This document shows positions 12,293 through 26,857 of a stretch of 64,000 bases of DNA, one piece after another. The stretch covers positions 25,172,001 through 25,236,000 of the forward strand of contig NC_083289.1 in NCBI RefSeq assembly GCF_963506605.1. Reading direction: 5' to 3'. Positions within the stretch are counted from its first letter, which is position 1, and the number at the start of each line of letters is the position of its first letter. Position numbers and translations under genes: made by a program. The DNA is from Zootoca vivipara (Eukaryota). The notes below the pieces were generated by a model. That model worked only from the letters and a program-made list of their open reading frames with translations. It was not told where the DNA came from and made no database searches.

Positions 12293-15022
12293 GGGAGTGT
12301 CTATCTGCCTGCATTGAGTCTGATTGTGACTGTGTAGCTCAGTGGCTGAGCATTTGCTTTACCTGCAAAAGGTCTTTGGTGCAAACCCAGACATCACTTG
12401 TAGAACCACTGCCAGTCAGTGTAGACGCCAAACACACTCACATATTATCTTCATCAGTGGTGTAACAGTCTGGGGTTGTGCGGGATTGAAGTCCCATTAC
12501 TATTTCTGCAGCAAGGTCCCTGTCTCCAGTAGCCTACAGCCACCCAATCAGTATGAAAGAGGATCTTTTTAGCTGCTGTATGCTTCAAAGCTGAGCATTT
12601 AGCAACAACGAAAACACAAGGTGCTTCCATTTCAGGAGAAGGATGTGCAAGTTCTGCTACGTACCATGGAACTTCAAGGAAAAACACAACTTAAGCCACT
12701 CTGATAGAAGATATTGGAGCACTCCAAATCATTTGCCCATTTATGCACAGAAAAGAGTAGATCTAGCTGAAAGGCCAGATCTGCATTTCTTGTTGCAAGC
12801 AACCCTAATTATTATAATTACTGTATAATTCTAAGGTTACTGTGACCTTAGATAGTTGCATCACCTTGCAAGGGGCATGGCTGTGAGCCTCATGAAGGTA
12901 CCCTGCACTTCTGAACATGTTACTGGCCAAATGAGTTCATGGCAGAGGTGAGATTTGAACCGGGAACTCTGATCTTCCATCCCTTGCTTACCGGTTTGTA
13001 GTACCAGCCTTCCCCAATAGGGAAGGAAGGTTGTGTCAGCTGGGGCTGATGGTGTCCAATCCAGAACATCTGGAGGGACTTAAGCACGGGGAAGGGCTGT
13101 GCTCTATGGCTAAAGCAGGGTTGGGACACCTGTGGCCCTCCAGATGTTGTTGGGCTGTGGTGCTCACCATCACAGCTCAAGCTGGCTGGGGCTGATAAGA
13201 ACTGGAGTCTGAAAACAACTGCAGGACCACAGGTGCCTTATATGTTAAGGTATAAGTAGACTTATAAAGTATAACACTTCCACCTTCATCCCACTCCCAT
13301 TTTTCTCCATTTATTTGAGAAGATATGGCATATTCTATTTTTTTTAAATCTCCCTTCTCCTTTTTTTAAAAAAAATATAATTCCGGTTCATGCCCTAAAA
13401 ACATCTTCTTGGACTATCTTTTGGGTAAACAAAAAATAAACTTGACTAAGATACTGATCTAGTTCTACTGAGTTGGGCACCTCATCAATAAGTTCCAGAG
13501 GCTCAATTAACATGAGGACATCAGTGGAGCCTTTGATAACTTAGCAAATGCAGATTAACTTTTTTTCTTTAAAAAAATAGCCTGCTATCAGCAGGAGCCA
13601 TCCTGAAAGGTTCCCCATCAAAAGAGAGAATTTTTAAGCAAAAGGAGGACATTAAAATCTTATCATCTCACTTGAAATTAAGCCAATGAAAAATTAAAGC
13701 TGATTTCTAATAGGCTTATGGTACAGTTTTAAAGGCTTAGAGGGCACTGATAGAAGCAAGAAAGCTAAGTGCTCCCCTTTCAGATGGGAAAAGACACTTC
13801 CCTTTTTAAAAAAACGCCCAGTGGAGGTAGGTAAAAGGGGAGAGTGATAACTTACCCATCCTGCTGAAATGTCCCAGTTCCATCCTTCCTTTAAAGACAA
13901 TGTAAGGATGCAGGAATACCACACAAATAAATTATTAACTTCAAGAGCTAGGCTACAGTAACTAAAAGTGATTAAACGGAAAATATGGCAGAGGAACAGC
14001 CAGCCAGAAAATGGCAAGCTAATGTGAATGCAGTAATGTTTCTATCTAATGTTTTCTACGTAGCATAGCAGCAGAGGACAAAAAGGAATCTGCGAGGGAT
14101 AAAGGTCCTTTTAAACATGCACGCAACAATGCACTAAGATGCACTGTGAAACTCTCAGCATGCTGCCTGGCAGTCTGTTTATTGAACATTTAACCTGATT
14201 TGTTTGCAGTCAGGTTAGAAGATGTTATGTCAAAGCAACTGTTATCTCACACTTTCTAGTACATCCCCCCCATCACTTTCCTGATCACAAATAGTACAAT
14301 CTTTTTGGGGAAGGGGATTTGTCACACAAGACCTCCCAAAGTAATAACCTAAATTATCCAGTATGTGATTGAATACCAACTGTAAATAGTGACAGGTTTG
14401 GAAGCACCCTTTGCTTAACGTTCAGGAAAGATATCGTGTGTTTGAAAGGGCTTGCTATATCCCAAAAGATGAGGGAAAGTGCCCTAGAAATGAAGCTGTT
14501 TACACTCTGCCCTTTTTTAAAAAAGACGTTCTGTGCCAAGGTAGTCTAAACTTTGCAGCAGGAGCAGCAGAATCCCACCTTCTCCACGAGTGCCACATAT
14601 TCAGAACGTTTGCATACACTTGCTTAGGTTTTGCAATATTTATTTAGCTAGTCACAGGAAGGCAAGCGCTCTTATACACATGCTGCCTTAAGAAATTTAT
14701 ACCAAAGGACAGCACATAAATCCACCAGGACATTTCTAAATCAATATTTCCTAATTATATTCCAATAATATATTCTTGGTGGGGGGATATCTTTGTTAAC
14801 AAATTTTTCTAATAAATAAATAAACGAACTAAAGGGCATTGAAACCTTGCCCCTGGAAATTACGCTCGACTCATGTGCATGCATACACATGAATGGACGT
14901 TACCTGAGTTCTCTACCTCTGTAGACTGGCATGCTAATGAGCAAAACTGGTTCCACTGAACAGCCCTGCACCCAATGTGACCTGAGCATTCTATTTGTAG
15001 CTAGGCGCACACATAGGAACAT

Positions 15023-15190
15023 AGGCAGCTGCCTTATACTGGGTCAGACCACTGGTCCATCTGGCAGCAGCTCTCCAGCGTTTCAGGCATGGAGTCTATC
15101 CCAGGCATCTGGGGATGCCGTTGAGGACTGAATCTGGGACCTTCGACATGCAAAGCAGATGCTCTGCCACCAAGCTACAGTCCTTCCCCA
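15023..15190 (-). mobile_element. tRNA(Ala-like)-derived SINE
   Basis: Reverse complement of gtagcttggtggcagagcatctgctttgcatg...gatggaccagtggtctgacccagtataaggcagc. The same family recurs at about 18960, 23330, 30260, 40987 and 46426. Confidence 0.75.
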
Positions 15191-16086
15191 TGTTCTTTGC
15201 TGCCTTCTTCCACCAAGTCCTCCTGCCCTCTGATCAGGGCAGTCAACAAAATGCAGGAAGAGCCTCTGAATCATGGAGCTCTTCTCTGTCCATCAGAGCA
15301 CTGGGGACGGGGCTCTGCTTTCGGTTCATGTCAAATCCCTTGGAAAGCAAAGTAGCAGAGGTTAGCTGGGTTAGATGGACCAATGATCTGACTTGGTAGG
15401 AAGCAACTTCCTCTGTTGCTATGCTAAATCTGTGATGGGTCCATGAGCAAGCCACCACTTCATGTTGCTGTCCCATCAAATGATGGAATGGGAACCAACA
15501 CTTGGCAATTCACAAATGGAACATGTCAGACGGTTCCACCAAAATCCATTGTGTTTCAAGCACAGGGAGGTGATCATGCTAACCCATTACAAGTTGTTTG
15601 ATTTGCAGTGGCTGACCACAGAAGCAATAACATAGTCCTCACACATGTGTCTTCACAAGGCAGTGCCCACATGCTGCCTTCACCATAAGGGTTAGAAACT
15701 TGCATTTTGCACAAAAAACAAATCGTACAATGAAAGCTGCAATTGTTAGGAGGCTGAACTCCATGCCTCATACTAACTTCTGCTCTACACAATAATCCCA
15801 GAATAAAACACATCCCCGACTATTTAACATTAATTAAGTGCCAACCATATGCCAGCTCTGAACACAATACTAACTACCTCAAGCTAAGCACTACAACAGC
15901 TGAGGGGGACAGATTCAAATTAGTAAAACAACGATGTTATAAAATAACTCTGTTTCTCACAAAGCCGATCAAAAATGACTCTCTTTGGCTTTCTCTCCTC
16001 TATCAACTGTTCACAAATCCAAAGTTAAAAATACCTCCTAGCTCACAGTCAAAGGGGCTGCTTCTCTCAGAATTAAAAAGGCCTTC

Positions 16087-16088
<2 letters not shown>

Positions 16089-16145
<57 letters not shown>
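16089..16145. repeat. (GA)28 microsatellite
   Basis: Perfect GA run. Confidence 0.97.
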
Positions 16146-16148
<3 letters not shown>

Positions 16149-17069
16149 GTGTTGCGCGCACCTTATCAGTTCTCCTGAATTAATGTCACAGGAGAGAAGA
16201 AACAGGATTCGCTGTTTGAGTGACAGTAAAGGATGTTGCTCTTTGCTTCCCAAAGCGCCTCCCCACACTCGAATTTCCCTTTCTCAAAGCCAATGTTATC
16301 TGTGCCCAGCCAGTTAACTCGTTTCTCTACATCATTAACTCCCTTCGCCAGGGGCACAGAGGCTCTCACAAAAAGTTCAGATCTACCACAACTGCTCCAT
16401 TTTGGACACCGGAAAGTCATATCCCCAGCTCAGCCCCACTGAAGATTTATGGGCATGTTTACATTCATGACATTTTTAGTGGTACTTGCTGCTAGCACTA
16501 TTTCTCCATCACCTGGTGGATCAGGCAGGAGGTAGAAAGAGGGCAGGAGAAGAGGCAGCTGCAACTCTGGGGTAGCATCTCTGAACACTGTCTTAGCAAG
16601 GGCAGAGGGAATTGCACACTGTTACCAAAAACTACAGGATACCTGAGGATCCAAGTCTACCATGAAAAATGTAAACTCAACGCAGAAGGGAACAGGGGTC
16701 AGCAATGTTGTTTTGCGAGTCCCGAATCAAGCCACTCTACCTTGAATAAGGTAATATTATGAGGAGGCAATAACAAGCTGCTCCACTTGGAGGGGCCCCC
16801 TCAACAGCTCCCCCTGGATCCTTCTGGTCTTCTCACCTTACTTAGGGGATTAACACCACTTTCACAGTGTAGACGTCAGTGACTGCAGAGTTGGACAAGG
16901 ACCCTTGAAGTCAGCAATGCTGGCTCCTGGCTGGGGGGAGGGGGTCAAGTGTAATGCTAGCCTTGCCAGCCTCCATAAGGCTTCAGTTGGCTCCAGGGTT
17001 TGGCTGAGACAACATTTTCCAGGCATCAGGATCCACTGGAAGCTGACCAGAGTCCTGAATTCCTTAGAG

Positions 17070-17205
17070 CAGGCATGTCAAACCTGCGGCCCTCCAGATG
17101 TTTTGGACTACAATTCCCATCTTCCCCAACCACTGGTCCTGCTAGCTAGGGATCATGGGAGTTGTAGGCCAAAACATCTGGAGGGCCGCAGGTTTGACAT
17201 GCCTG
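17070..17205. mobile_element. 136-bp palindromic hAT MITE, copy 1
   Basis: CAGGCATGTCAAACCTGCGGCCC...GGGCCGCAGGTTTGACATGCCTG; perfect 8-bp TSD ccttagag. Confidence 0.93.
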
Positions 17206-17785
17206 CCTTAGAGAGACCTGTCTTGACACTGCCTGGCTTGGCTTGATCTGCTTGTTCCCCGAACTTCCCTGGCAGGTTCCAGCTCCTGTGACTGATAGGC
17301 AGTATGAAGTTTCTGGGCTGACCAGCCCTGATATAAATAGCTTGAGTCTGGCCTGGTGCTCTCCTTGTTCACTGTGCAACCACAGAACCTTTCGATGACC
17401 ACCAACTTGGATGACTTCAAAAGAGGATCAGACAAATTCATGAAGATTAAGGCTATCAAAGGTTACCAGTAACGATGGCTGTGCAGTAATGTTGAAGGCA
17501 ATAATGCTTCTGAATACCAGTTGCTGGAGGCCACAGTAGAGGAGAATGCTATTGCATACATGTCCAGCTTGAAGACTTTTCACAGGGATGTTAGTGACCG
17601 CTGTGAGAACAGGATGCTGCTCTTGTTATGCTCTTATGCTAAGTGAACAGTGAGGCAGGAGGTCACACAAAGCTTTAGGAAGTAAGGGCAAATGTGAGAT
17701 AGCAATACGTCCAACACACCCACAGGGGTGCCTCTGAATACTTTCTGGGAATCACAAGTGAAGAGAATGCTGTTGTGCTCACTTC

Positions 17786-18083
17786 CAGTGTGGTGTAGTG
17801 TAAGAGCGGTGGACTCGTAATCTGGTGAACCAGGTTCGCGTCTCCACTCCTCCACATGCAGCTGCTGGGTGACCTTGGACTAGTCACACTTCTTCCCTCA
17901 GCCCCACTCACCTCACAGAGTGTTTGTTGTGGCGGAGGAAGGGAAAGGAGAATGTTAGCCACTTTGAGACTCCTAAGAGTAGTGATAAAGCAGGATATCA
18001 AATCCAAACGCTTCTCCTCCTCCTCCTCCTCCTCCTCCTCCTCCTCCTCCTCCTCCTCCTCCTCCTCCTCCTCCTTCTTCTTC
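17786..18083 (+). mobile_element. tRNA-derived SINE with (TCC)n tail
   Basis: Pol III A-box-like tggtgtagtg and B-box-like ggttcg. Body highly similar to the 12020-12292 copy, followed by about 20 TCC units. Confidence 0.88.
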
Positions 18084-18959
18084 CTGCTTGTGGGCGTCCC
18101 AGAGGTCATGGTGACCTTTTGGTGTCCCCATAGGCGTGATGTTGATGTTTGTTCTCTATCTGCTACTGTATCTGTCTGTGCCTGCTTGTTCTGTGGTTGC
18201 TACCAGTATGGATGTCGGTTATTTATCACAGGGTGGGGTTGTTCAGTACTGTATGTTGCTGTTACCTGACTTGATAAGATGGGTGACAAATGTTAAGGAA
18301 AAAATTAAGACACAGAAGTCCTGAACGAACCCCTTGAAGACTTTTATCCAAGTTCTCTCCCCTGTGCTTCCTGTCTGCCTCGCTCATATTATTAGTTTCT
18401 GTGAGGTTTTTTTTAATGAGTAGTATCTTGAGAACCTACTTTAAAGAGGAAAGAAAACCCAGTTATTTCCCCTCCCATTGATCTCTTGCACTCAGCTCCT
18501 GACATCAATGCAAATTCCATTTTTTTTGGGGGGGGGTGAACATACAGAATAACTTTTTTTAGATCAGACTTTCGTTGGCCATTAGCATCAGAGAGTCATT
18601 TGAACTGGCTTACCCTCATGAGCTGCAGAGAGCAAAATCTTCAGAAATTCCTGAACTTTTCTGATCTTTTCTAGGCCATCTCTAATTAGTAAAAAAATCA
18701 GGGCAGCAATTCCTCCCCCTCCCCACCCCATCAAGTTTGGCACTCTATTATTGATAATGTCATGTTTCCAAAACGGACAACATGATACAGTTCACAACTT
18801 CAAACAATAATATGAAAGCCATAAGAATCTGATGTCTGATCCCTGGGACTTGAAACTGCAAGTATAATTTTCTTACAAGCTTTGTAAATAGGAATAGGAA
18901 ATCTCACAGCATGCCAAAAGCATCGCGGCAAACAGCAAACCATCAAGAGTTGTTCAGGC

Positions 18960-19100
18960 AGTCCCAGGTTCAAACCCCAGATTCTCCAAGCAGGGATTAG
19001 AAACGTAAAACCTGGAGAGCTGCTGCCAGTCAGGGCAGACAATACTGAGCTAGATGGACCCATGGTCTGATTCAATATAATGCAGCTTCCTATGTTCCTA
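18960..19100 (+). mobile_element. tRNA(Ala-like) SINE, partial
   Basis: gtcccaggttcaaacccc...ggagagctgctgccagtcag...ctagatggaccc...gcagcttcctatgttcct. Confidence 0.75.
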
Positions 19101-19766
19101 ACAGGATTTTAAAAGTGTTAAGATGTTTCTCCAAACACACTAATACACAAACTTCAAAGCCAGAAATATTGCAGTTCACAAATATTATGTGCTGCTAGCA
19201 ACACACCACTTCAGAGTGCAAGGACTGGAAAGTGTAGGTTTAAAATAATGTTTCCCAAATAATAAATAAATAAAAATCCCAGCAAGTGGAAGGCTGGGCT
19301 AGCATTCCCCTACAGATGCTGATTTTCTACATACAGGAAGTTTGCTTGCTTGCTTTTTTTTTTTAACCTGTGTTCATCTGCAAATAGTTTCAGGATGAAC
19401 ATTATGCCTTCGCCAACCTAATGTGCTGAATTACAGTTCCCATCAGCCCCAATATATATGGTTATACCATCTGAGCTCAACTTGAATTGTAGTCGAAAAG
19501 ATCTGGACGCACCAGGTTGACTAAGCCAGCTTTAAGGAGTTCAAAATGATCACCAAAACACCCTCGCTTTGGTCTTAAAATTAAAGGCCACATTCACTCC
19601 TATTTATTGTCATTAATTTCTCAGGGTGGATGCCATTTTCCCTTCACTGATCTCGCTCCTCTGGAGTGATCCCAGCCAACCACGGACTCCATAGAGAGAT
19701 TGGAACGATGTCACAGAGGGCAAATGTTGTCTAGACAGCAATGCTTGTTGGACTGGTCACATATAT

Positions 19767-20033
19767 CAGACACGTCCAACAGGTAGATCATGATCTACTG
19801 GTAGATCACTGGACATCTGTGGTAGATCACTGGCTCCCCCCAAAGAAGCTCAACAAGTTTGGCTCCCCTAGAAAAAGGCCAACATTTTTGCCCTGCACCC
19901 CAAAAAGCATGGCTTTCCCCCTCCCTAGAAAAAGCTCAATAACTTTGACCTGAACCCCCCAAAAGGGGGTAGATCACTGCCAGCTTTTAACTCTGTGAGT
20001 AGATCACAGTCTATTGGGAGTTGGCCACCCCCG
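19767..20033. mobile_element. Non-autonomous hAT-like element with GTAGATCA subterminal repeats
   Basis: CAG...gtccaac left end and gttggccacccc right end, with five GTAGATCA motifs. No clean TSD. Confidence 0.6.
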
Positions 20034-21622
20034 ATATGATCCTCTTTAATTGGGAGCCACATGGCCTCTTCTCTAAGTAAGCAAAGAGGCATCTGCAAGA
20101 ACTTTTCCAGTTTAAGAAACAGGTGGTGTAAAGCATGACCTCTCCTCTATTTCCCACAGGCATCTGACTGGCCAATGTGAGAACCGGAATCTGGACTAGA
20201 AGGGCCACTGGCCTGATGCAGCAGACTCCTCTAATGGGTCTAGATCTTCTGACCCTATTTTGCTGACAGTCCCTGTTTATGTCACAATAAATTTGGTAAC
20301 AGTGCAGCAACGCTCTTTGTTGTTTGAGTGACAACAACCTTGTGTAGTTGCCCTTATGGAGTTCACCCCTGACAGCAAGAGGCCAGTGAGCACCTGGCAC
20401 TTCAGAGGGATGACTGCAAGGGCCGTCAATCAAAAGGGCAGTGGGGGAGCTTGGCCGGCGGATGGAACTGTGCACTGCCAAGGCCCCGCTACAAATGGTT
20501 CCTAAGCAACGCAACCCCCATCTCTCACTCTCCTCTCCTTCCCTCCTTCCTTCCTTCCATGCTGTTTAATTATAAAAAGTTGCCCTTTGATTTGGGAGCC
20601 CTTCACATCACTTCCTCTGCAACCCCATTGTTTTTTGGGGAGGGCTTGCTGCTGTGATGATGACACCGCTCGACAGAGAGAAGGCGGCCAAAGTTGTCCA
20701 TCGCCAGTAATTAAGGCTCGGCGCTCCAGAACCCAAAACTTGGTGGCTGGTTTTAATGCTGGTCCGGATCTCTCCTGTTGAGGGGAGCAGCCAATTCTCC
20801 CAAGAAATCCTATCACTAATGTATCTTCAGAGCCACAGCTGTTGCTCAGTGTGACTCTGCAGTCACAGCGGCAACGTTGAACCAGCATTGCTAAAAATAA
20901 TACCATTAGCGGCAGAAACCGCTGGATGTTTGAATTAAACAGAGCCATTGTTGGCAAGTGATTCCCACCTCAGACACAGTCTTAAATGGGCAACCTTACT
21001 CTGCCTCTCAGCTTCAGACTCAGTAAAATGTGAATAATAAAGTGTGCTGCAATATTTGTCCATGTGTAACACTGACAATCAAAACAGGAGGGCAGCACCT
21101 GGGAGAATTCTGGGATTTACTCTAGACCAGTCCTTTTCAACCACTGTGCTGTGGCACCCTGGCCTCTGGCCTCTGGCAACACCCTGGCAACATTGGCCTC
21201 TGTCTGTTTTTCCTTCCCTCCCTCCTCTGATGCCCTCTCGCATCTCTGCCTCCCAAAGGCTTGCACAGCTGTTTGTTGCAGCAACCCTGCTGCTGCCACT
21301 GCTGCCTCTGAAGGTAAGATCCTGGCCTCACATTCACATTTGGCCAGTCTCCGTTGGGAGCATCCTCTGCCCAGGCCTCTGTGGGGTGATGTGCTTTCAA
21401 TATTGTTTGTGCTTGCAAATAGTTTCAGGACATTTCTAATCAGTGCATGTGCCATCAGTTGATGCTGAAGTCCTGTAACCCTTTATGCCACAAATGGTCC
21501 AGGATGTGTGTGACAAATATGATGTTGTATCATTCGGGAAGCACCACAGAGCATCTGATAAAGCAGAATGATCTGTGGTTGATCCCGTACAAATCCATCA
21601 CTAATACACTATTACTGCATCA

Positions 21623-21991
<369 letters not shown>

Positions 21992-22532
21992 CTATGATCA
22001 GCAGGTGAGACCTTGTTGGTGGTTCTGCCACCCGGGCCTCCCTGGTTGGCACTCACTCATGGCAGGGCCTTTTCAGGGGTGGCTCCATGGTTGTGGAATG
22101 CCCTCCCTAGTAAAGTGCTTCTCCACCATTATTAACTTTCAGGAGGGATTTGAAACCTTTCCTGTTTGGTGGCTGAAGAAAACTGTTCTTGGCAACCACA
22201 AGATCATTGGATGGAATAATGTTTTTAATGATAACATTGCTTTTAGAATGTTTTAACTGTAATAGTTTTTAGATGTTTTTAACTGATTGCTTTTCAAACA
22301 TTTTAACTGTTTTAGGATGTAGATCTGAAAAGCAAAGCAAAAACAGAGTTGTTCTGTGTACAGGTGTCTCCTTCTGCAAAAGTTGGAGGGACCTTGCAGC
22401 CTACATGAGGCAGGGTGGGGTGGATGTCCTAGCATATTTGTGAACCACTGATCTGGGCATTTTCATGCACAACACTGAAAACACATTTTGTTCCCTTTGT
22501 TTGGATGCTGTTCTTAGGTCAATGGCACCCTA

Positions 22533-22754
<222 letters not shown>

Positions 22755-23343
22755 TCAGATGTGCCAACCATTACCCCCGTTAGAGCAGACCCTGCTATTA
22801 GGAAGGACAAGGAAGCTGCCTCAGGTGGCAGAAGCTGAGGGGTGTGGAGCAGACAGGGGTGTGTATGTGGTTCAAGTGAAGTACAAGTGCGCTGTCCAGT
22901 CACCAGTGCTGAAATAGGAGTCAATTGCCAGTTATTCAGTGCATGGAATAGGCGGCACCATCTTGTCCTTTGCCCTAGAAAACTGGATCATCTTGGCTAC
23001 CCTGCCCTGCAGATCTTTCTTGGAGAAGGCATCCATTTTAGAGATGATAGCAGTTGTGCATGTCACACACCCACAGCAACTGTGCCATCTAGATTTCTTG
23101 CCATGTTTCCAATCAGTAGGGCAGAACATGCTTTGGAATTTATGGTGAGGGCTGGTGTTTTGGGGAAGGCTGTGTTAACCACAAAGGAATGGCCAAGCCG
23201 AAAACAAGCACAGGAATCAAGCCATCAGAATTCAACTTTCACAAGTGAAGTCTGTGAGAACATTCAGTTGAAAATCTTCATGGTCTGAGGGGACGTGAAA
23301 TTTCTACCTAAGTGCCATAGATTTGTGCAGAGTCAGTATAGAC

Positions 23344-23479
23344 CAGGCATAGGCAACCTTGGCTCTCCAGATGTTTTGGAACTATAACTCCCATGATCCC
23401 TGACCACTGGCCCTGTTAGCTAGGGATCGTGGGAGTTGTAGTTCCAAAACATCTGGAGAGCCAAGGTTGCCTATGCCTG
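23344..23479. mobile_element. 136-bp palindromic hAT MITE, copy 2, nested in a SINE
   Basis: CAGGCATAGGCAACCTTGGCTCT...AGAGCCAAGGTTGCCTATGCCTG; TSD gtatagac/gtgtagac. It splits the SINE motif agtcagtgtagacaat. Confidence 0.92.
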
Positions 23480-24037
23480 GTGTAGACAATGCCAATCATG
23501 ATGGACCAATGATCTGACTTAGTGTAAGGCAGCTTTTGGTGTTCCTGTGTGCTCCAGCTGTGTGTTCCAGCTGCTGAGCGTTCACTCAGAGAACTGCAGC
23601 CATCCCTGATACTTGTACCTACATGATATGCAGAGTAATACACAATTTACTGTGCAATCAGAGGTCACATTGTTAAATAATAAATACTGCTATTAATAAA
23701 ATGAAATATTGTTAACATTTTTAGGTGTACAGTGCACACACACACACACAAGTATTTGGAAGTAAAACACAATGTGACTTAGGCATTTGCTCTATGACAG
23801 CCCATCAACATGCGAAAGCCATCACTTATTGTCAATTGACAGACATGCGTCAACCATATCATAGTAGCAGGAGTACACCAATGTTACCTGATTCCTGGAA
23901 AAACACAAACATCGACCCCGAAGGGCAGCATAACACTCCATGTTATGATTTACTACCAACTCGAGAGATCTTGACCTGCTTCACAGCCTGGAGCCATTTG
24001 GTGAACATTTTAGCACAGGAGAGTATGATTTATGCTA

Positions 24038-24235
<198 letters not shown>

Positions 24236-24667
24236 TCAGAAGCTAATAAGAGGAAGAAGGTCCAGCACAGAAGCTAATAAGAGGATTGTAGAACTTGCCC
24301 ATCTCTACTGAGAAGCCCAAACTCAAGGATGATACAGCAGAATCCCTGAGGGCATCTGGAAGAATGCTCAGAAAGAGTAATTTCCTAAGGCAGCCTTCTT
24401 CAGCTTGGTAACTTCCAGATGTTTTGATCACCACTTGCATTAGCCCCAGGCAGCATGGCCATATACAGTAATGCTGGGGCTGTTGAGAGTTGTAGTTCAA
24501 AGCAACTAGAGGGCGTAAGCTTGGTTCAGTCTGCCCCTAAGGTATAACAGAACAACACAGTGGCCTGCAGCATCTCATAACATGTAAATGGACACAGAGA
24601 AAAAGATTCACAGAACAATCTGCATGTTGCTTCCAGCATCCTGTGTAGGAAACGAATAACACCAGAA

Positions 24668-24992
24668 GTTAAACAGTGCACAGTTAATCTATGGAACTCA
24701 CTCCCACATGAAACTGCGATAGCCACCAACGTGGATGATTTTAAAAGAGGATTGGACCAATTCGTGGAGAGGAAGGTTGCCAATGGCCACTAGTCATGAT
24801 GGCTGTTGCTCTGCCTCCAGTGTCAGTTTTTCTGAATACTGGTTTCTGGAAAATACAGGAATGTGGAGTGTGTTATTGTGCTTGAATTATGTTTGTGAGC
24901 TTCCCACAGGCATCTGGGTGGCCAATGTGAGAATAGGATGCTGGACTAAATAGCCTGTTGGTTTGACCCAGCAGGCTCTTATGATGTTCTTA
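24668..24992 (+). mobile_element. CR1-like LINE 3' fragment
   Basis: atggaactcactccca...gccaccaacgtggatgattttaaaagaggattggac...ggatgctggactaaat...cagcaggctcttatgatgttctta. Confidence 0.7.
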
Positions 24993-26167
24993 AGTGACCA
25001 TGAAATACTGCAGAAGTGGGAAACTGCTATGAATCTGTGCCTCTTGACTTGTTGAAACGACTTTCAGGTTTTGCATTACATTTAAAGGTATCCTTGAAAG
25101 GTTGAAACCTCATAGCAGCAAAGCTGAGATTCTCAATATCCTAAGGAAGCATCGCCGGGTCTGAAAAGCAGCCTGGGCTATCCAACCATTGCCACCTCCA
25201 GCTTAGACCAAGTCCTTCTACACAATGTCCATTGTTTCCCAGGAAATGACAGCATTACAATGGTTTCTTTTGGATTGGTGCAAAAGGAGAACAGGGACAA
25301 ATTATTGGCAGCCGTACAGCGGGAGGTGGGAAAGGTAGAATGGCAAATCTCTCTGAACAGCTGTTTGCTCATTAAGAAAAACATCACGGACAAAGCGCTA
25401 ATCACAAAAGACGACAAGGGCTTAATGCCGTGCGAAGCTTGGTCTCCTCGCAGAGGCAAAATAAGCAAGCAAACAAACAAACAAGGCCCCAAAGAAGTGA
25501 TATTTTTCAAATCCCAGAGAAACTGCTGAGCATACATAATGATGTATTATTTATATTGCAAAATCAATGTATGAGATGCTCTGCAAATTAGCACAAATAA
25601 AAGGGAGGGGAAATGTCTGTGCCCCAAGAAAGTTGCAAAACTAAAGTCCATCTGGAAAGGCCTGAATATATATGCTTTATGGAATCTCAAAACATTAAGT
25701 CAGACAGTCACATTTTTGCGTTCATCTACTGAAGCACAATGGAAACCAGCAAACATAAGGAGGACCTCCTACTGGATCATGCCAGGGGCCCATCTAGTCT
25801 AGCATCTTTTTCTCACAGTGGCCAGGGAAAACTTGTACACAGGTGGACCTTTTTCGTTGAGAAGGATGGTGCCCAAAATAATGTGTGGTAGGAGCAGTTA
25901 AAGTCAAGGGGTATGTGGAGAAACTTCAGAAGAAAAAGGGTTCCATCAACCTTCGCATGATAATAATCCTCAAGGCCACTCCTTTAGTTCAGAGACAGAA
26001 GAGCTTGGCATTCACTGAGCAAGAAATGAGGGATGAGGGAACTTCCCCTCCAAGGCCAACACTACATGGCTTTGTGATAAACACACATTTTTTAAAAGTG
26101 CGCTTAAACTGGTCACTTTTGTTTTGAAGAAAGAAAACAGTCATGTCCCCACCATTCTGGAGTGTGC

Positions 26168-26168
<1 letters not shown>

Positions 26169-26218
<50 letters not shown>

Positions 26219-26560
26219 TTATACCCCACCCATCTGGCTGGGTTTCCCCAACCGCTCTGGGTGGCTTCCAACAGAAATATTAAAATACAATAATTTATTA
26301 AACATTAAAAGCTTCCCTAAGCAGGGCTGCCTTCAGATGTCCTCTAAAAGTCTGGTGGTTGTTTTTCTCTTTGACATCTGGCCACCTCTTGATCTGATCG
26401 GGGTCCCTCCCTGGTTTCCTGCCACCCCCCACAACTGCTATTTGTCCCAACTGTTTAGCATTAAGATGAAGCTGTTCAAAATATGGTGCTATTCCATGAC
26501 CACTATGGCTTTTTATCAGGCAGACTGCCAAGCATTTCCTATGAAAGGGCCGGCCCTACC
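26169..26560 (-). mobile_element. L2 LINE 3' fragment with (ATT)n tail
   Basis: The minus ORF ends ...QTFRGHLKAALLREAFNV, typical of an L2 ORF2 terminus. It is followed by the ggaagccacccagag 3' UTR motif and the AAT run at 26169-26217. Confidence 0.8.
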
Positions 26561-26721
26561 ATTAGGCAGCGTGAGGGATTGTGTGAGGCAAGCAGAAGCA
26601 GTGCTGCTTCCTCTAAGCTAGTCTGCTTTCCTCAGGTTTGGTGGAAGGCCAGGATGAAGACATGTGTCTTCTACATCTGCTGAAAACTGCACAATGAAAG
26701 TGCCAGGCACATCTCCTTAGA

Positions 26722-26857
26722 CAAGCATCCCCAAACTTCGGCCCTCCAGATGTTTTGGCCTACAACTCCCATGATCCCTAGCTAACAGGACCAGTGGTCA
26801 GGGATGATGGGAATTGTAGTCCAAAACATCTGGAGGGCCGAAGTTTGGGGGTGCCTG
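26722..26857. mobile_element. 136-bp palindromic hAT MITE, copy 3 (opposite orientation)
   Basis: Perfect TSD tccttaga. Loop is reversed (gctaacaggaccagtgg) relative to copies 1, 2, 4 and 5. Confidence 0.93.

Noticed and set aside
22464-22469. RBFOX UGCAUG motif about 100 nt downstream of exon D (another at 462-467)
   Set aside because: Single hexamers occur at chance frequency in 64 kb and mean little without conservation data.
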